This document shows positions 27,862-38,006 of a stretch of DNA of 64,000 nucleotides, piece by piece. The stretch's first letter is position 1. Each line of letters begins with the position of its first letter. The position numbers and the translations under genes were made by a program. Source of the stretch: Candidatus Cloacimonadales bacterium (GTDB lineage: Bacteria; Cloacimonadota; Cloacimonadia; Cloacimonadales; JAFGVF01); NCBI GenBank assembly GCA_963667035.1, contig OY762964.1, positions 2,368,001 to 2,432,000 of the forward strand, in the 5' to 3' direction. Under the pieces are notes generated by a model, which saw only the letters and a list, made by a program, of their open reading frames with translations, had not been told where the DNA came from and searched no databases.

Positions 27862-28509
27862 ATGCCTAAAATTCTTCCATCTCTATTATCCGCTGATTTC
27901 ACCATTTTAAAAGAGGAAATGACCGAACTTAAGAATGCCGGTATTGAGATTCTACATCTTGATATTATGGACGGTCATTTTGTTCCGAATCTTACATTCG
28001 GATTGCCTGTGATTAAATCCATTAGAAAAGCAACTACACTTGAACTGGATGCTCATCTAATGGTTACTAATCCTCAAGATTATTTTAAACCTCTTGCAGA
28101 TATTGGAGTTAATTATATTTCATTCCATCAGGAAACCATATTCCATGCTCAGAGAGCTGTTATGGAGATTAAGGATTTAGGATGTAAGGCAGGTATTGCA
28201 TTAAATCCGGCAACACCTGTTGAGGTCATAAAGCACTTAGTTACCGACTTGGATTTTGTTCTTATAATGAGTGTAAATCCCGGATTCGGTGGACAGAAGT
28301 TCTTACCGGTTGTTTATGAGAAGTTGGAATTACTGGCTGAATACAAAGCAAAATATAATCCTAATCTGATAATAGAAATTGACGGTGGAGTCACTTCTGA
28401 CAATGCTAGTTCATTGATAAATGCCGGAGTGGAAATGCTAGTAGCCGGTTCCTTTGTTTTTAAAAGTAAACCATACTCCAATCAGATTAATCAGTTATTG
28501 AAAGGATAG
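27862..28509 (+). CDS. rpe: Ribulose-phosphate 3-epimerase
   Basis: PSLLSADF, HLDIMDGHFVPNLTFG, DAHLM, MSVNPGFGGQKF, EIDGG. Confidence 0.97.
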   Translation: MPKILPSLLSADFTILKEEMTELKNAGIEILHLDIMDGHFVPNLTFGLPVIKSIRKATTLELDAHLMVTNPQDYFKPLADIGVNYISFHQETIFHAQRAVMEIKDLGCKAGIALNPATPVEVIKHLVTDLDFVLIMSVNPGFGGQKFLPVVYEKLELLAEYKAKYNPNLIIEIDGGVTSDNASSLINAGVEMLVAGSFVFKSKPYSNQINQLLKG

Positions 28510-28512
28510 ATA

Positions 28513-29835
28513 ATGTTTAATGATTTAAGTGAAAAACTTGAAGGTGTCTTTAAAAAGCTAAAAGGGCATGGAGTCCTTTCAGAGCAGAATATAAAAGATT
28601 CGATGAAAGAAATTCGCATGGCTCTGTTAGAAGCAGATGTGAATTACAAAATAGTAAAGAATTTCATCAAAGCGGTTCAAGAAAGAGCAATGGGGCAAGA
28701 AGTGATGAAGTCACTTACTCCGGGTCAGCAAGTAGTAAAGATTGTTAACGAGCAACTTGTAAGTCTAATGGATACTGAAGGATTTACGTTAAATGTTTAT
28801 GACAATAAACTTACTAAGGTGATGCTGGTTGGTCTTCAAGGTTCAGGTAAAACTACAGCCTGTGCTAAACTTTCTAATTACTACAGAAAGAAAAAAGTTA
28901 AGCCTATGATGGTAGCATGCGACATTTATCGTCCTGCGGCTGTTCATCAGTTACAAGTTCTGGGTAAACAGATTAATATACCGGTTATTTATGATGAAAG
29001 CAATAATGTTACAATAATTGCCGATAAAGCTCTTAAAGAAGCAGATAGAGAAATGACTAATCTCTTAATCTTCGATACTGCAGGACGTTTACACATTGAT
29101 GAGAATATGATGGACGAAATCTACAACCTCAAACAACAGATAAAGCCTGACTACATATTCTTTGTTGCAGATGCAATGACAGGTCAAGATGCTGTTACTG
29201 TCGCTAAGGAATTCAATGATAAAATGGATTTTAGCGGAGTCATTCTCACAAAGCTTGACGGTGATGCCCGTGGTGGTGCAGCCCTTTCAATTAAAGCTGT
29301 AACCGGCAAACCGGTTGTGTTTGTGGGTATGGGTGAAAAGGTTAGTGATCTTGAGCTTTTCTACGCAGATCGAATGGCCTCCAGAATTCTTGGTATGGGT
29401 GATGTTTTAAGTCTAATTGAAAAAGCCGAAGAAGCTTTTGATGAAGATGAAGCTGAGAAGCTAGCAAAGAAAATGCAAAAGAACAAGTTTGACCTTAACG
29501 ACTTCTTAAACCAACTTCAACATATTAAAAAACTCGGTCCGCTTGATTCTCTTCTCAAAATGATTCCCGGTGTTAATTCCAAGATGATGAAGAATGTAAA
29601 TGTTGATGAAAAGCAACTGGCACATATTGAGGCTATCATTAAATCTATGACAAATAGGGAAAGAGAGAAACCTCAAGTTCTTAACGGTTCAAGACGTAAG
29701 CGTATTGCCCTTGGCTCAGGACGTCCTGTTCAGGAAGTTAATCGTCTTCTTCGCAATTTCGAAGATATGAAGAAGATGATGAAAAAAATGAATAACCCTA
29801 AATTTGCCAAACAATTCAAGAATTTGCAAATGTAA
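28513..29835 (+). CDS. ffh: Signal recognition particle protein
   Basis: ALLEADV, GLQGSGKTT, DTAGR, TKLDGDARGG, Met-rich M domain with SRRKRIA.GSG. Confidence 0.97.
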   Translation: MFNDLSEKLEGVFKKLKGHGVLSEQNIKDSMKEIRMALLEADVNYKIVKNFIKAVQERAMGQEVMKSLTPGQQVVKIVNEQLVSLMDTEGFTLNVYDNKLTKVMLVGLQGSGKTTACAKLSNYYRKKKVKPMMVACDIYRPAAVHQLQVLGKQINIPVIYDESNNVTIIADKALKEADREMTNLLIFDTAGRLHIDENMMDEIYNLKQQIKPDYIFFVADAMTGQDAVTVAKEFNDKMDFSGVILTKLDGDARGGAALSIKAVTGKPVVFVGMGEKVSDLELFYADRMASRILGMGDVLSLIEKAEEAFDEDEAEKLAKKMQKNKFDLNDFLNQLQHIKKLGPLDSLLKMIPGVNSKMMKNVNVDEKQLAHIEAIIKSMTNREREKPQVLNGSRRKRIALGSGRPVQEVNRLLRNFEDMKKMMKKMNNPKFAKQFKNLQM

Positions 29836-29857
29836 TACTCTCATATAATAAACATTT

Positions 29858-29884
29858 AGGGTGTGGTTAATACCACACCCTTTT
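29858..29884 (+). terminator. Intrinsic terminator after ffh
   Basis: AGGGTGTGGT-TAAT-ACCACACCCT followed by TTT. Confidence 0.8.
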
Positions 29885-29985
29885 ATCATTTAGTAGAAAC
29901 ATCCCCAACCAATAATCTTACTACCCATCCACTTATGTATTATCACATCACATTGTTTAAACTATTTACTAAAGTACAATTATCG

Positions 29986-30082
29986 CACTGTTTTTGCACT
30001 GTGCACGCACTGTTAACACGGTGTTTCAGTGCGTGGGCAGTGCGTTCATAGTGGAATCACAGTGCAAAAACAGTGCGTTGGT
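29986..30082. repeat. 97-bp palindromic element with 11-bp-phased CACTG/CAGTG units, copy 1
   Basis: (CACTG-N6)x3, CGGTGTTT, (YAGTG-N6)x5; outer arms GCACTGTTTTTGCACTGTG / CACAGTGCAAAAACAGTGC are perfect inverted repeats; second copy at 63459. Confidence 0.9.
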
Positions 30083-30286
30083 AGAATATGGAGTGTGAGA
30101 AAACAGTGGGGGTCAAAAATGAATTTTATATCGTACTTAATATAGTATAAACCTAGAAGTATTGGGGAAAATGGAACAAAAAAATTCTGAATTAAGGTCT
30201 ATTAAAATTAATATTTGAATACTAAAGGATAGATTCATGATGATAATGTTTCGTTGACACAACCTGTGGCTTTTAGATTATGCATT

Positions 30287-31300
30287 ATGATGAAAACTAA
30301 AATAATAGCAACAATAAGCAAGATTAACGGATCTGCGGAGTTATTGGAAGAGATGCTTAAAGCCGGTGCGAGTATATTCAGAATCAATATGTCGCACTCA
30401 TCTCATGCAGAAGCTCTGGAGTTAATGGATAGGATTAAATCAGCCAAATCCAATACCGGATTAACCTGTGAGATTATGCTGGATTTATCAGGTCCGGAAC
30501 TTAGATTGTTAGGATTAACTCAACCGTTGAAATGTAATAAGAAAACTGAACTAACATTATATAAAAACATTTCTTTATCGCTTCCCGATATATTGCCTAA
30601 ACTTACGATAGGTTCCAGAGTTCTTTTACATGACGGTAAATTTGAGGGAGAAGTTGTTTACGTAAGCGATAAACAAGCAACTTTAGAAGTAAGAGGTAAT
30701 GGACTTATCCTTCCCAATGCTCATATCTCGTTTCCGGATGTAAAATACGGTTTTATTGAGATTAGTGAAAAGGACATTGATGATTTGAGGTTTGCAGTCA
30801 ACACTAAAGCGGATTATCTTGCACTCTCATTTATCCATTCGGGTAATGATGTTAAAGCCTATAGAAAACAAGTGAAACTAACCGACCAGACATCAATGAT
30901 AAAGCTGTTGCCTAAGTTTGAGTCTAATCAGTCACTTAAAAACATTGACGAAATTATCGAAGCAGGTGATTGCTTGTTTGTTGCACGGGGTGATATGGGA
31001 ACGGAGAATCCCCCGGAAATGATACCGTATTATCAAAAGCTGATAACTCATAAGTGTTTGAAGGCTGAAAAATCGGTATTTATTGCGACCCAGATGCTTA
31101 GCACAATGGAGGAAAATCCTTTACCAACCAGAGCTGAGATATCCGATATTGCGAATGCTGTGCTTGACGGAGCAAGTGCATTAACTCTTTCAGGAGAAAC
31201 TGCTATCGGTAGATACCCTCTGGAATCTGTTAAGCAGATGAAAAGAATAGCTGAAGAAGCTGAGAAGTATAAGGAGAAATTATGGAAAACTACAATGTAA
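30287..31300 (+). CDS. pyk: Pyruvate kinase, short form lacking the C-terminal domain
   Basis: TKIIAT, RINMSH, DLSGPELR, KFE, ARGDMG, ATQML, PTRAE.SDIANA..DG, LSGETA.G.YP; ends right after the barrel. Confidence 0.9.
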   Translation: MMKTKIIATISKINGSAELLEEMLKAGASIFRINMSHSSHAEALELMDRIKSAKSNTGLTCEIMLDLSGPELRLLGLTQPLKCNKKTELTLYKNISLSLPDILPKLTIGSRVLLHDGKFEGEVVYVSDKQATLEVRGNGLILPNAHISFPDVKYGFIEISEKDIDDLRFAVNTKADYLALSFIHSGNDVKAYRKQVKLTDQTSMIKLLPKFESNQSLKNIDEIIEAGDCLFVARGDMGTENPPEMIPYYQKLITHKCLKAEKSVFIATQMLSTMEENPLPTRAEISDIANAVLDGASALTLSGETAIGRYPLESVKQMKRIAEEAEKYKEKLWKTTM

Positions 31301-31593
31301 TATGCGATATAGTAGTAGTTACTTACGATATAGGTCCAAGTCTTTCACCCTTTGTAGCAAAAGTGTGCGATATAATACAAGCTGATAAGAAAGTTGAACA
31401 CATGCTTACTCCAATGGGATCCATTGTCGAAGGAGAATTCGACGATGTTATGGCATTGGTAGACAGAGTGTTCAAAGCAGTAGCTCCTGATTATGAAAGA
31501 GTTGGAATAACTGTGAAGATGGATTACAGAAAGTCCAAGAAAAGCAGAATGAAAGGCAAAGTAGCTTCTGTTTCTGAAAAGATGGGAAAATGA
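31282..31593 (+). CDS. MTH1187/YkoF-family thiamine-binding protein
   Basis: SLSPFVA......LTPMGSIVEG.FD.VM....RV...VKMDYR....M.GKVASV. Confidence 0.8.
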   Translation: MENYNVICDIVVVTYDIGPSLSPFVAKVCDIIQADKKVEHMLTPMGSIVEGEFDDVMALVDRVFKAVAPDYERVGITVKMDYRKSKKSRMKGKVASVSEKMGK

Positions 31594-32879
31594 AAAAGTA
31601 CTATATTGAACCTCTTGGATGCCCTAAGAATCTTGTTGATAGTGAGATTTTTGCCTGGCTCTCGGAAAAGAACGGTTATGAGTTCACTGAGAATCCTGCC
31701 GAGGCTGAACTCATAATAGTCAATACATGCGGTTTTATTAGTGATGCAAAAGAAGAAGCTATTGAAACGATATTCGAGATGAGCGAGTTTAAAACTTTCG
31801 GTAAATGTAAAAAACTGGTTGCAACGGGATGTTTAGTTGGAAGATATTTTAAGGATTTGCAAAGCGAAATAACAGAAGTTGATAACTTCATAGACCTTAA
31901 AGATTTTGCATCTTTTGCCAAACTGTTAGGAGGAAGTGATTCCAAGTTTGAGAGGAAAATTCTCACGCCATCTCACTATGCCTTCTTGAGAATAAGTGAC
32001 GGATGTGATAACAGATGTACTTACTGTGCAATACCTGGAATACGAGGAAGTCATAAATCCGTTCCGATGGAAGAGTTGGTTGAAGAGGCTAGAAAACTTG
32101 CCAGTCAAGGCGTAAAAGAACTTATCGTGACTGCTCAAGATGTTACCTTTTACGGTAAAGATATTTATGGAGAGATTAGATTATCCGAACTTCTTAAGCA
32201 ATTGGAAGATATTGAAGGACTTCAATGGATTAGACTCTTATATATGCATCCCGCTCATGTTACTGAAAAGCTTGTTGATACTATTGCCAAATCAGCAAAG
32301 ATATTGCCTTATTTTGACATTCCACTTCAACATGCATCTGATCGAATGCTGAAATTGATGAATCGTAAAATTGATTCTCAAACTCAGTTGGATGTACTTA
32401 AAATGATTAGAAAAAAGATTCCGGAAGCTGTAATAAGAACAACTTTCATGTCAGGCTTCCCGGGTGAAAAAAGGAAAGACCATCTTGAGCTACTGGAATT
32501 GATTAAAGAAGTTAAGTTTGAGAGAGTAGGTGTATTCGTTTATTCGCCTGAAGAAGATACTCCCGCTATATTGCTACCGGGTAAAGTAACTCTTGCTACA
32601 GCAGGAAAAAGACAAGATGAGATAATGGCATTACAGCAAGTAATCTCGGAAGAAATCATGAGTAAGTACATTGGTAAAGAGATTAATGCCATAATTGATA
32701 GAGAATGCGAAGAAAAAGGTATCCTTTATGAAGCAAGAACCAAATATGATGCACCGGATATTGATGGAAATCTGTTTATTGTAAGCGGAAGTGCAAATGT
32801 CGGTGACATTGTGAAAGTAAGAATAATAGATAGTTGGGAATACGACTTAATAGGTGAGATAATCTACGAAAGAAATTAA
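31590..32879 (+). CDS. rimO: Ribosomal protein S12 methylthiotransferase
   Basis: LGCPKNLVDSE, NTCGFI, radical SAM CDNRCTYC, DIPLQH, APDIDG TRAM region. Confidence 0.95.
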   Translation: MKKYYIEPLGCPKNLVDSEIFAWLSEKNGYEFTENPAEAELIIVNTCGFISDAKEEAIETIFEMSEFKTFGKCKKLVATGCLVGRYFKDLQSEITEVDNFIDLKDFASFAKLLGGSDSKFERKILTPSHYAFLRISDGCDNRCTYCAIPGIRGSHKSVPMEELVEEARKLASQGVKELIVTAQDVTFYGKDIYGEIRLSELLKQLEDIEGLQWIRLLYMHPAHVTEKLVDTIAKSAKILPYFDIPLQHASDRMLKLMNRKIDSQTQLDVLKMIRKKIPEAVIRTTFMSGFPGEKRKDHLELLELIKEVKFERVGVFVYSPEEDTPAILLPGKVTLATAGKRQDEIMALQQVISEEIMSKYIGKEINAIIDRECEEKGILYEARTKYDAPDIDGNLFIVSGSANVGDIVKVRIIDSWEYDLIGEIIYERN

Positions 32880-33000
32880 GTATTTTACTTTGTAACTATT
32901 TATTTAGGCTTTCATTTATATTATAACCTTGACTAATAATATTAGTGAAGGAAATTCCGTAAGAAATTAAGCAAGAATTAAATAAACAAGGAGAAATGTT

Positions 33001-35031
33001 ATGCAGAGAAAGCTTTTGCTTGTAACTCTTCTAACAGTAATTATTTCTGCAAGCCTGCTTTGGAGCGTTGCAGATTCTAAACCAAACCCTGATCCCACAA
33101 CCGTATTAGTAGAATTTGATAAGGGCATGATTACTAAAGGTGAACTGGACGAGAAAATAAGTAAAATACCACCAAACTATCAAAACCGTTACAAAACTAT
33201 AAAAGGCCAGGAAGAGATTCTTCAAGGTATGATTCTTGAAGATGTATTCTACCGCAAAGCTATTGATTTGGGTATTGATAAGAATCCGGATATCATTGAA
33301 AAAATTGACATGGCTACCAGAGAACTTTACATCTCAAGCTATTACAGACAAGAGATAAAAGATAAAGTTGCTGACATTACTCCTAATGATAAGCAGAAAT
33401 ATTACATGGCTCATCTTGATGAGTTCTATGAACAACCGAATACAACTATCCTTTATATCCAAACCGAGAATGAAGAAGATGCTAATAAAGCAGTTGAAGA
33501 ACTGAAAGCAGGTAAGAGTTGGGCAGAAGTTTCCGATACTTACAATACAAACGGTTATTCAAAGAATAATAAAGGTGAGATTAAAGGAATCAGAAACAAC
33601 GGACATATTCCCGGTGTCAATAAGAATGAAGCTCTCAACAATATGATTAATGATGCTGAAGTATCTCAAGATGCTATTCATGGTCCTGAGAAAATAGACG
33701 GGGCTTATCATATCTTCAAGGTTACTAATCGTGTTGAAGGTTACCAGAAGTCATTTGAAGAAGTCGAATCAACTCTCGAAAGAAGAGTCATGTTTGACAA
33801 AGAAAAAACTTTAACAAAGGCATTATTCGATAGGCTATCCAAGAAATACAATCTCTCCGTAAATGATAAAATTGCTATGGGACTTGACCTAACAACTCCT
33901 GTTACTGATGCTGATTTGTTGAAACAAAACGTTGTTTCTTGCGATTATAGTAAGCTTAATCTCAAAGTAGAAGATGTTTATGAGATAATCAACAAAATGA
34001 GTCCTCAAGAAAAAGCAATGTATATGAAATCAACCGGAGATGATAGTTTCTTTGTTCGCTACCCAACACAGATGCTTTACATGGCTGAAGTTGAAGAAAA
34101 AGGTAAAGAAAACTTTGTTGATGAACCGGACAGATTAAGACAGATAACAAGATATTTCGTGTTAAGAGAAGTATACAAACAACTTGTAACAGACAAAATA
34201 GACGTATCCGAAGATGATTTACAGAAGTACTACCAGAATACAATAGACCGTTACAAAGTTCCCGGATACCGCTCAATCAGACTATATAAGTTTGAAAATG
34301 AAAAGAATGCCAAAAAAGCTTATAAAGCTATTCGTAAGGCAATGAAGAAAGATGCGACTAAACAGGAAGAAGCAATCAAATCTATTTATGAGAAGTATGC
34401 CGTTAATGAATTCGATAAAGGATTGATTGATAAAGTATATAGCAACGATATGGTTCTGGGGTATGGAAAAGATATTGATTTTAATAAACTAATATTCTCT
34501 ACAAATGTTGGAGAGACCACAAAACCTTTCAACTCAGCTAATGGAGACTTGTTAGTATTCTCAGTATTGAGTTCAGTAGATGATACTTATAAAGCTATAG
34601 ACGAAGTAAAGCAGGCTATAGAGAAAAATGCCAGACAAGAGAAAGAAAAAGACTTCAGAGACAAAGTAAAAGCTGAACTTATGGCTGAATACGGATATAA
34701 AGTTTATGAAGATAGACTAACAGTTAAGCTCACAGTACAAGAATTGTTCGAGATGGCTGATAATGCCATTAAGCAAAGAAAATACAATGATGCTATCGTT
34801 TATTACGATCAAATCATTAACTCTTTTGCTGACGGTGTAAATGATTACAAAGCAACATTTATGAAGGCTTTCACATATTCTGAGAACCTGAAAGATACTG
34901 AAAAAGCTGTGAAATGTTATCAGGACTTCTTAGCGAAATATCCGGAAGGAGATCTTAATGAATCCGCTAACTTCATGCTTGAACAGCTCCAAAACGGTGA
35001 AGTTAACATAGATGAACTGATTGAGAAATAA
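33001..35031 (+). CDS. Secreted PpiC/SurA-like peptidyl-prolyl isomerase chaperone with C-terminal TPR
   Basis: Signal peptide; two degenerate rotamase modules (GAYHIFKV..R...KSFEEV); TPR tail (AIVYYDQII..F...KATFMKAF). Confidence 0.75.
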   Translation: MQRKLLLVTLLTVIISASLLWSVADSKPNPDPTTVLVEFDKGMITKGELDEKISKIPPNYQNRYKTIKGQEEILQGMILEDVFYRKAIDLGIDKNPDIIEKIDMATRELYISSYYRQEIKDKVADITPNDKQKYYMAHLDEFYEQPNTTILYIQTENEEDANKAVEELKAGKSWAEVSDTYNTNGYSKNNKGEIKGIRNNGHIPGVNKNEALNNMINDAEVSQDAIHGPEKIDGAYHIFKVTNRVEGYQKSFEEVESTLERRVMFDKEKTLTKALFDRLSKKYNLSVNDKIAMGLDLTTPVTDADLLKQNVVSCDYSKLNLKVEDVYEIINKMSPQEKAMYMKSTGDDSFFVRYPTQMLYMAEVEEKGKENFVDEPDRLRQITRYFVLREVYKQLVTDKIDVSEDDLQKYYQNTIDRYKVPGYRSIRLYKFENEKNAKKAYKAIRKAMKKDATKQEEAIKSIYEKYAVNEFDKGLIDKVYSNDMVLGYGKDIDFNKLIFSTNVGETTKPFNSANGDLLVFSVLSSVDDTYKAIDEVKQAIEKNARQEKEKDFRDKVKAELMAEYGYKVYEDRLTVKLTVQELFEMADNAIKQRKYNDAIVYYDQIINSFADGVNDYKATFMKAFTYSENLKDTEKAVKCYQDFLAKYPEGDLNESANFMLEQLQNGEVNIDELIEK

Positions 35032-35050
35032 ATATCTATTTGATATAGAT

Positions 35051-35081
35051 AAAGCCCGGCTGAATAACAGCCGGGCTTTTT
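35051..35081 (+). terminator. Intrinsic terminator
   Basis: AAAGCCCGGCTG-AATAA-CAGCCGGGCTTTTT. Confidence 0.9.
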
Positions 35082-35230
35082 GTATTTAAAATAATCTAAA
35101 GGATTTTGGACTCAAGCTTGTCATAATTATAAAGTGTCCGGAAGAGATTATGCTTTACAAAATGATGAATGTTTTATTTATGCACATAACAAATTGATAT
35201 AATTTAAATTGAGATATATTGGAGATAAGA

Positions 35231-37309
35231 ATGAAGAAACTAACTTTGCTTACTATGCTTGTTTTAGTATTTTTAACTTTAACAGCTATACCGGCTCCCC
35301 CGTTTTCGATTACTTATTCACAACCTGATGGAACAACTCTTGAGATGTTTAACAGAGGTGATGAGTATGTTCATTGGGGCGAAACTCTTGATGGATACAC
35401 AGTCCTTTCAAATGAACAAGGATACAAAGTTTATGCCCAGGTAGATAAAAACGGCGATATCTACCCAAGTGAAGTAATTGCACATAATTCAAGTTCAAGA
35501 AATACTGAAGAACTAACTTTCCTATCTAATCAAGAAAGATATTTAAACTTTAGTGATACTCAAATTGAGAGATTACTTAGTAACACAGTTGCTAACAGTC
35601 GTAATAGAATGGGTGGATTCCCAACAACAGGTGTAAACAATTTACTTGTAATACTAGCTAATTTCACTGACACTAATACAACTTATAGTGCTTCCAGTTT
35701 TAATAACCTTATGAATCAGGATAATTACTCCGGACATGGTTCTTTCAAACAATTCTACCTTGAAAACTCATGGGGTCAGTTAACAATCAATTCAACCGTT
35801 GTCGGTTGGGTTACTTTGCCACATGACCATGATTATTATGGACCTGAATCACGTTGGGGTGAATTTGCAAGAGATGCTGTACTAGCTGCTGATGCAGCCG
35901 GAGTTGACTTCTCAATATATGATAATGACGGAAACGGAACAGTTGACGGAGTAGCTATTGTTCATCAAGGTATCGGACAAGAGATTTCCGGAAGTACTGA
36001 CGATATCTGGTCTCATAATTCCCATATGACATATTACAATGTTCATCTTGATGGTGTTGAGTTAGATGCTTATACAGCACAACCGGAAAAGAACAACTGG
36101 TCAAGCATGACTACAATGGGCGTGTTTGCTCATGAAGTAGGACACAATTTAGGAGCTCCCGATTTCTACGATACAGACTATCAGACAGGTGGGAACTATG
36201 TTGGAACAGGAGAATGGGACATTATGGCTGATGGAAGTTATAATGGCTACCCCAATGGCTCTGAGCCGGCTCACCATAATCCATGGACTAAAATATTCTA
36301 TGGCTGGACAGCTGCTACTGTTTTAGATGAAGCAGGAGACTATGCTTTAGCTTCAAGTAACTCAGACCCAACTATCTATAGAATCAATACAAGAACAGAT
36401 AATGAATATTTCTTACTTGAAAATAGACAGCAAACCGGGTTTAACGGTGATGTACCTTACCATGGTATGCTGATTTTCCATGCAGATGGAAATCATATTG
36501 CCCAACACATGTCAGCTAATGATATTAATGTAGATTCACATCAAGGTTTCAGAATTCGCTCTGCTTATGGGGGAGTCAATAGTTCAGGAGCTCCTTTCCC
36601 AGGAACTCATGGTGAAAGAGAGTTTGATGACACTACAAACCCGAATGCTCTTAGTTGGGCAGGAGAAGAGACAAACAGACCTATAAGTCAGATTACGGAA
36701 TCAGGTGGAGTAATTACATTCCATATGGGCTTTGAGTTCCCTTCCGAAACTCCACAATGGCTTGAAGCTAATGTTAATGATTCCGAAGTTTCTTTAGCTT
36801 GGCAATACCCACAAGTATTAACAAACTTAATGGGCTATGCTATCTATAGAAATGATCAATTTCATGATATTATTGCTGACCTCACTCAGATTAATTACAC
36901 AGATTCTAATGTTCCGGATGGAACCTATGAATACTATATTGTTTCTTTAACCAATGAAGGTGAGTCAGATCCTTCAAACTTAGTAACTGTTCAGGTTGGA
37001 ACTAGTTCTGTGAATGATAATGTCAATCTTACTCAAACTACTTTGTTAGGAAACTATCCTAATCCTTTTAATCCTACAACAACTATCTCCTTCTACGTTA
37101 ACAATAGAACTGATGTAGAACTTGATATCTACAATGTTAAAGGTGAAAAAGTAAGAACTTTCAATGCTACCGGAATAGGTGCAGGAAATCATAGTTTTGT
37201 ATGGGAAGGTTTAAGTGACAGCGGGAGAGTACAACCTTCCGGTGTATATTTCTATAAACTCAAAGCCGGAACCTATACAAAAACAAGAAAGATGATACTG
37301 ATTAAGTAA
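35231..37309 (+). CDS. M6 family (immune inhibitor A-like) metalloprotease with FN3 and CTD
   Basis: QPDG..L....GDE propeptide; DNDGNGTVD; DIWSH; HEVGHNLGAPDFYD; WDIMADGSYN; YFLLENRQ; CTD. Confidence 0.92.
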   Translation: MKKLTLLTMLVLVFLTLTAIPAPPFSITYSQPDGTTLEMFNRGDEYVHWGETLDGYTVLSNEQGYKVYAQVDKNGDIYPSEVIAHNSSSRNTEELTFLSNQERYLNFSDTQIERLLSNTVANSRNRMGGFPTTGVNNLLVILANFTDTNTTYSASSFNNLMNQDNYSGHGSFKQFYLENSWGQLTINSTVVGWVTLPHDHDYYGPESRWGEFARDAVLAADAAGVDFSIYDNDGNGTVDGVAIVHQGIGQEISGSTDDIWSHNSHMTYYNVHLDGVELDAYTAQPEKNNWSSMTTMGVFAHEVGHNLGAPDFYDTDYQTGGNYVGTGEWDIMADGSYNGYPNGSEPAHHNPWTKIFYGWTAATVLDEAGDYALASSNSDPTIYRINTRTDNEYFLLENRQQTGFNGDVPYHGMLIFHADGNHIAQHMSANDINVDSHQGFRIRSAYGGVNSSGAPFPGTHGEREFDDTTNPNALSWAGEETNRPISQITESGGVITFHMGFEFPSETPQWLEANVNDSEVSLAWQYPQVLTNLMGYAIYRNDQFHDIIADLTQINYTDSNVPDGTYEYYIVSLTNEGESDPSNLVTVQVGTSSVNDNVNLTQTTLLGNYPNPFNPTTTISFYVNNRTDVELDIYNVKGEKVRTFNATGIGAGNHSFVWEGLSDSGRVQPSGVYFYKLKAGTYTKTRKMILIK

Positions 37310-37333
37310 TAGTCATCAATTAATATAAAACAT

Positions 37334-37360
37334 GCCCTCGAATTATCGAGGGCTTTTTTT
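37334..37360 (+). terminator. Intrinsic terminator
   Basis: GCCCTCGA-ATTA-TCGAGGGC-TTTTTTT. Confidence 0.9.
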
Positions 37361-37442
37361 GTCAGAATAAATCTGTTGACTGATAAAATGGTAGCTATGA
37401 TATAGATAATTCGATGTATTCGAAAAGACGTTGAGGTAATTA

Positions 37443-38006
37443 ATGAAATTATTAATGCATATTTGTTGTGCTCCATGCTTTATTGCTCCATGGAAGCATT
37501 TAAAAGATAAAATTGATGTTACAGGATTTTGGTATAATCCTAATATACAACCTTATACTGAATTCAGAAAGAGGTTGGAAACACTCAGAAAGTTTTGCTC
37601 AAATGAAAATATAACACTTCTTGAAGACAATACCTATAAACTTGAAGAGTTCTTTGAAGAAGCTCTCAAAGGGCAAGAGAATAGATGCCAATACTGCTAC
37701 TTGGACAGACTGGAATCTACAGCCAAAACAGCAAATCAAAAAGGCTTTACTCACTTCTCATCTACCCTGCTCTATAGTAAGTTCCAGAATCATGAGTTAA
37801 TTGTTGAATTTGCTAAGGAACTAGCATCAAAGTATGGTATTGATTTCTATTATGAAGACTTTAGAGAATATTGGAAAGAAGGAATTGAATTGTCTAAAGA
37901 AATAGGCATGTACAGACAACAGTATTGCGGTTGTATATTTAGTGAAAGAAGCAGATATGAAGATTATTATCACCGTAAAGATGCCAAAGAGTCAGGGGGA
38001 CAATAA
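37443..38006 (+). CDS. queH: Epoxyqueuosine reductase (DUF208)
   Basis: HICCAPC, YNPNIQP, CQYC...RL, YRQQYCGCIFS. Confidence 0.92.
   Translation: MKLLMHICCAPCFIAPWKHLKDKIDVTGFWYNPNIQPYTEFRKRLETLRKFCSNENITLLEDNTYKLEEFFEEALKGQENRCQYCYLDRLESTAKTANQKGFTHFSSTLLYSKFQNHELIVEFAKELASKYGIDFYYEDFREYWKEGIELSKEIGMYRQQYCGCIFSERSRYEDYYHRKDAKESGGQ

Noticed and set aside
29863..30051. 62-aa ORF in the track
   Set aside because: Starts inside the ffh terminator and runs through the repeat element; no RBS.
29986..30082. CRISPR array interpretation of the CACTG/CAGTG units
   Set aside because: Units are 5 bp with 6-bp spacers and switch orientation; no cas genes are present.
29836..30250. SRP RNA downstream of ffh
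   Set aside because: No helix-8 signature (CAGG..GNRA..AGCAG) seen on either strand.
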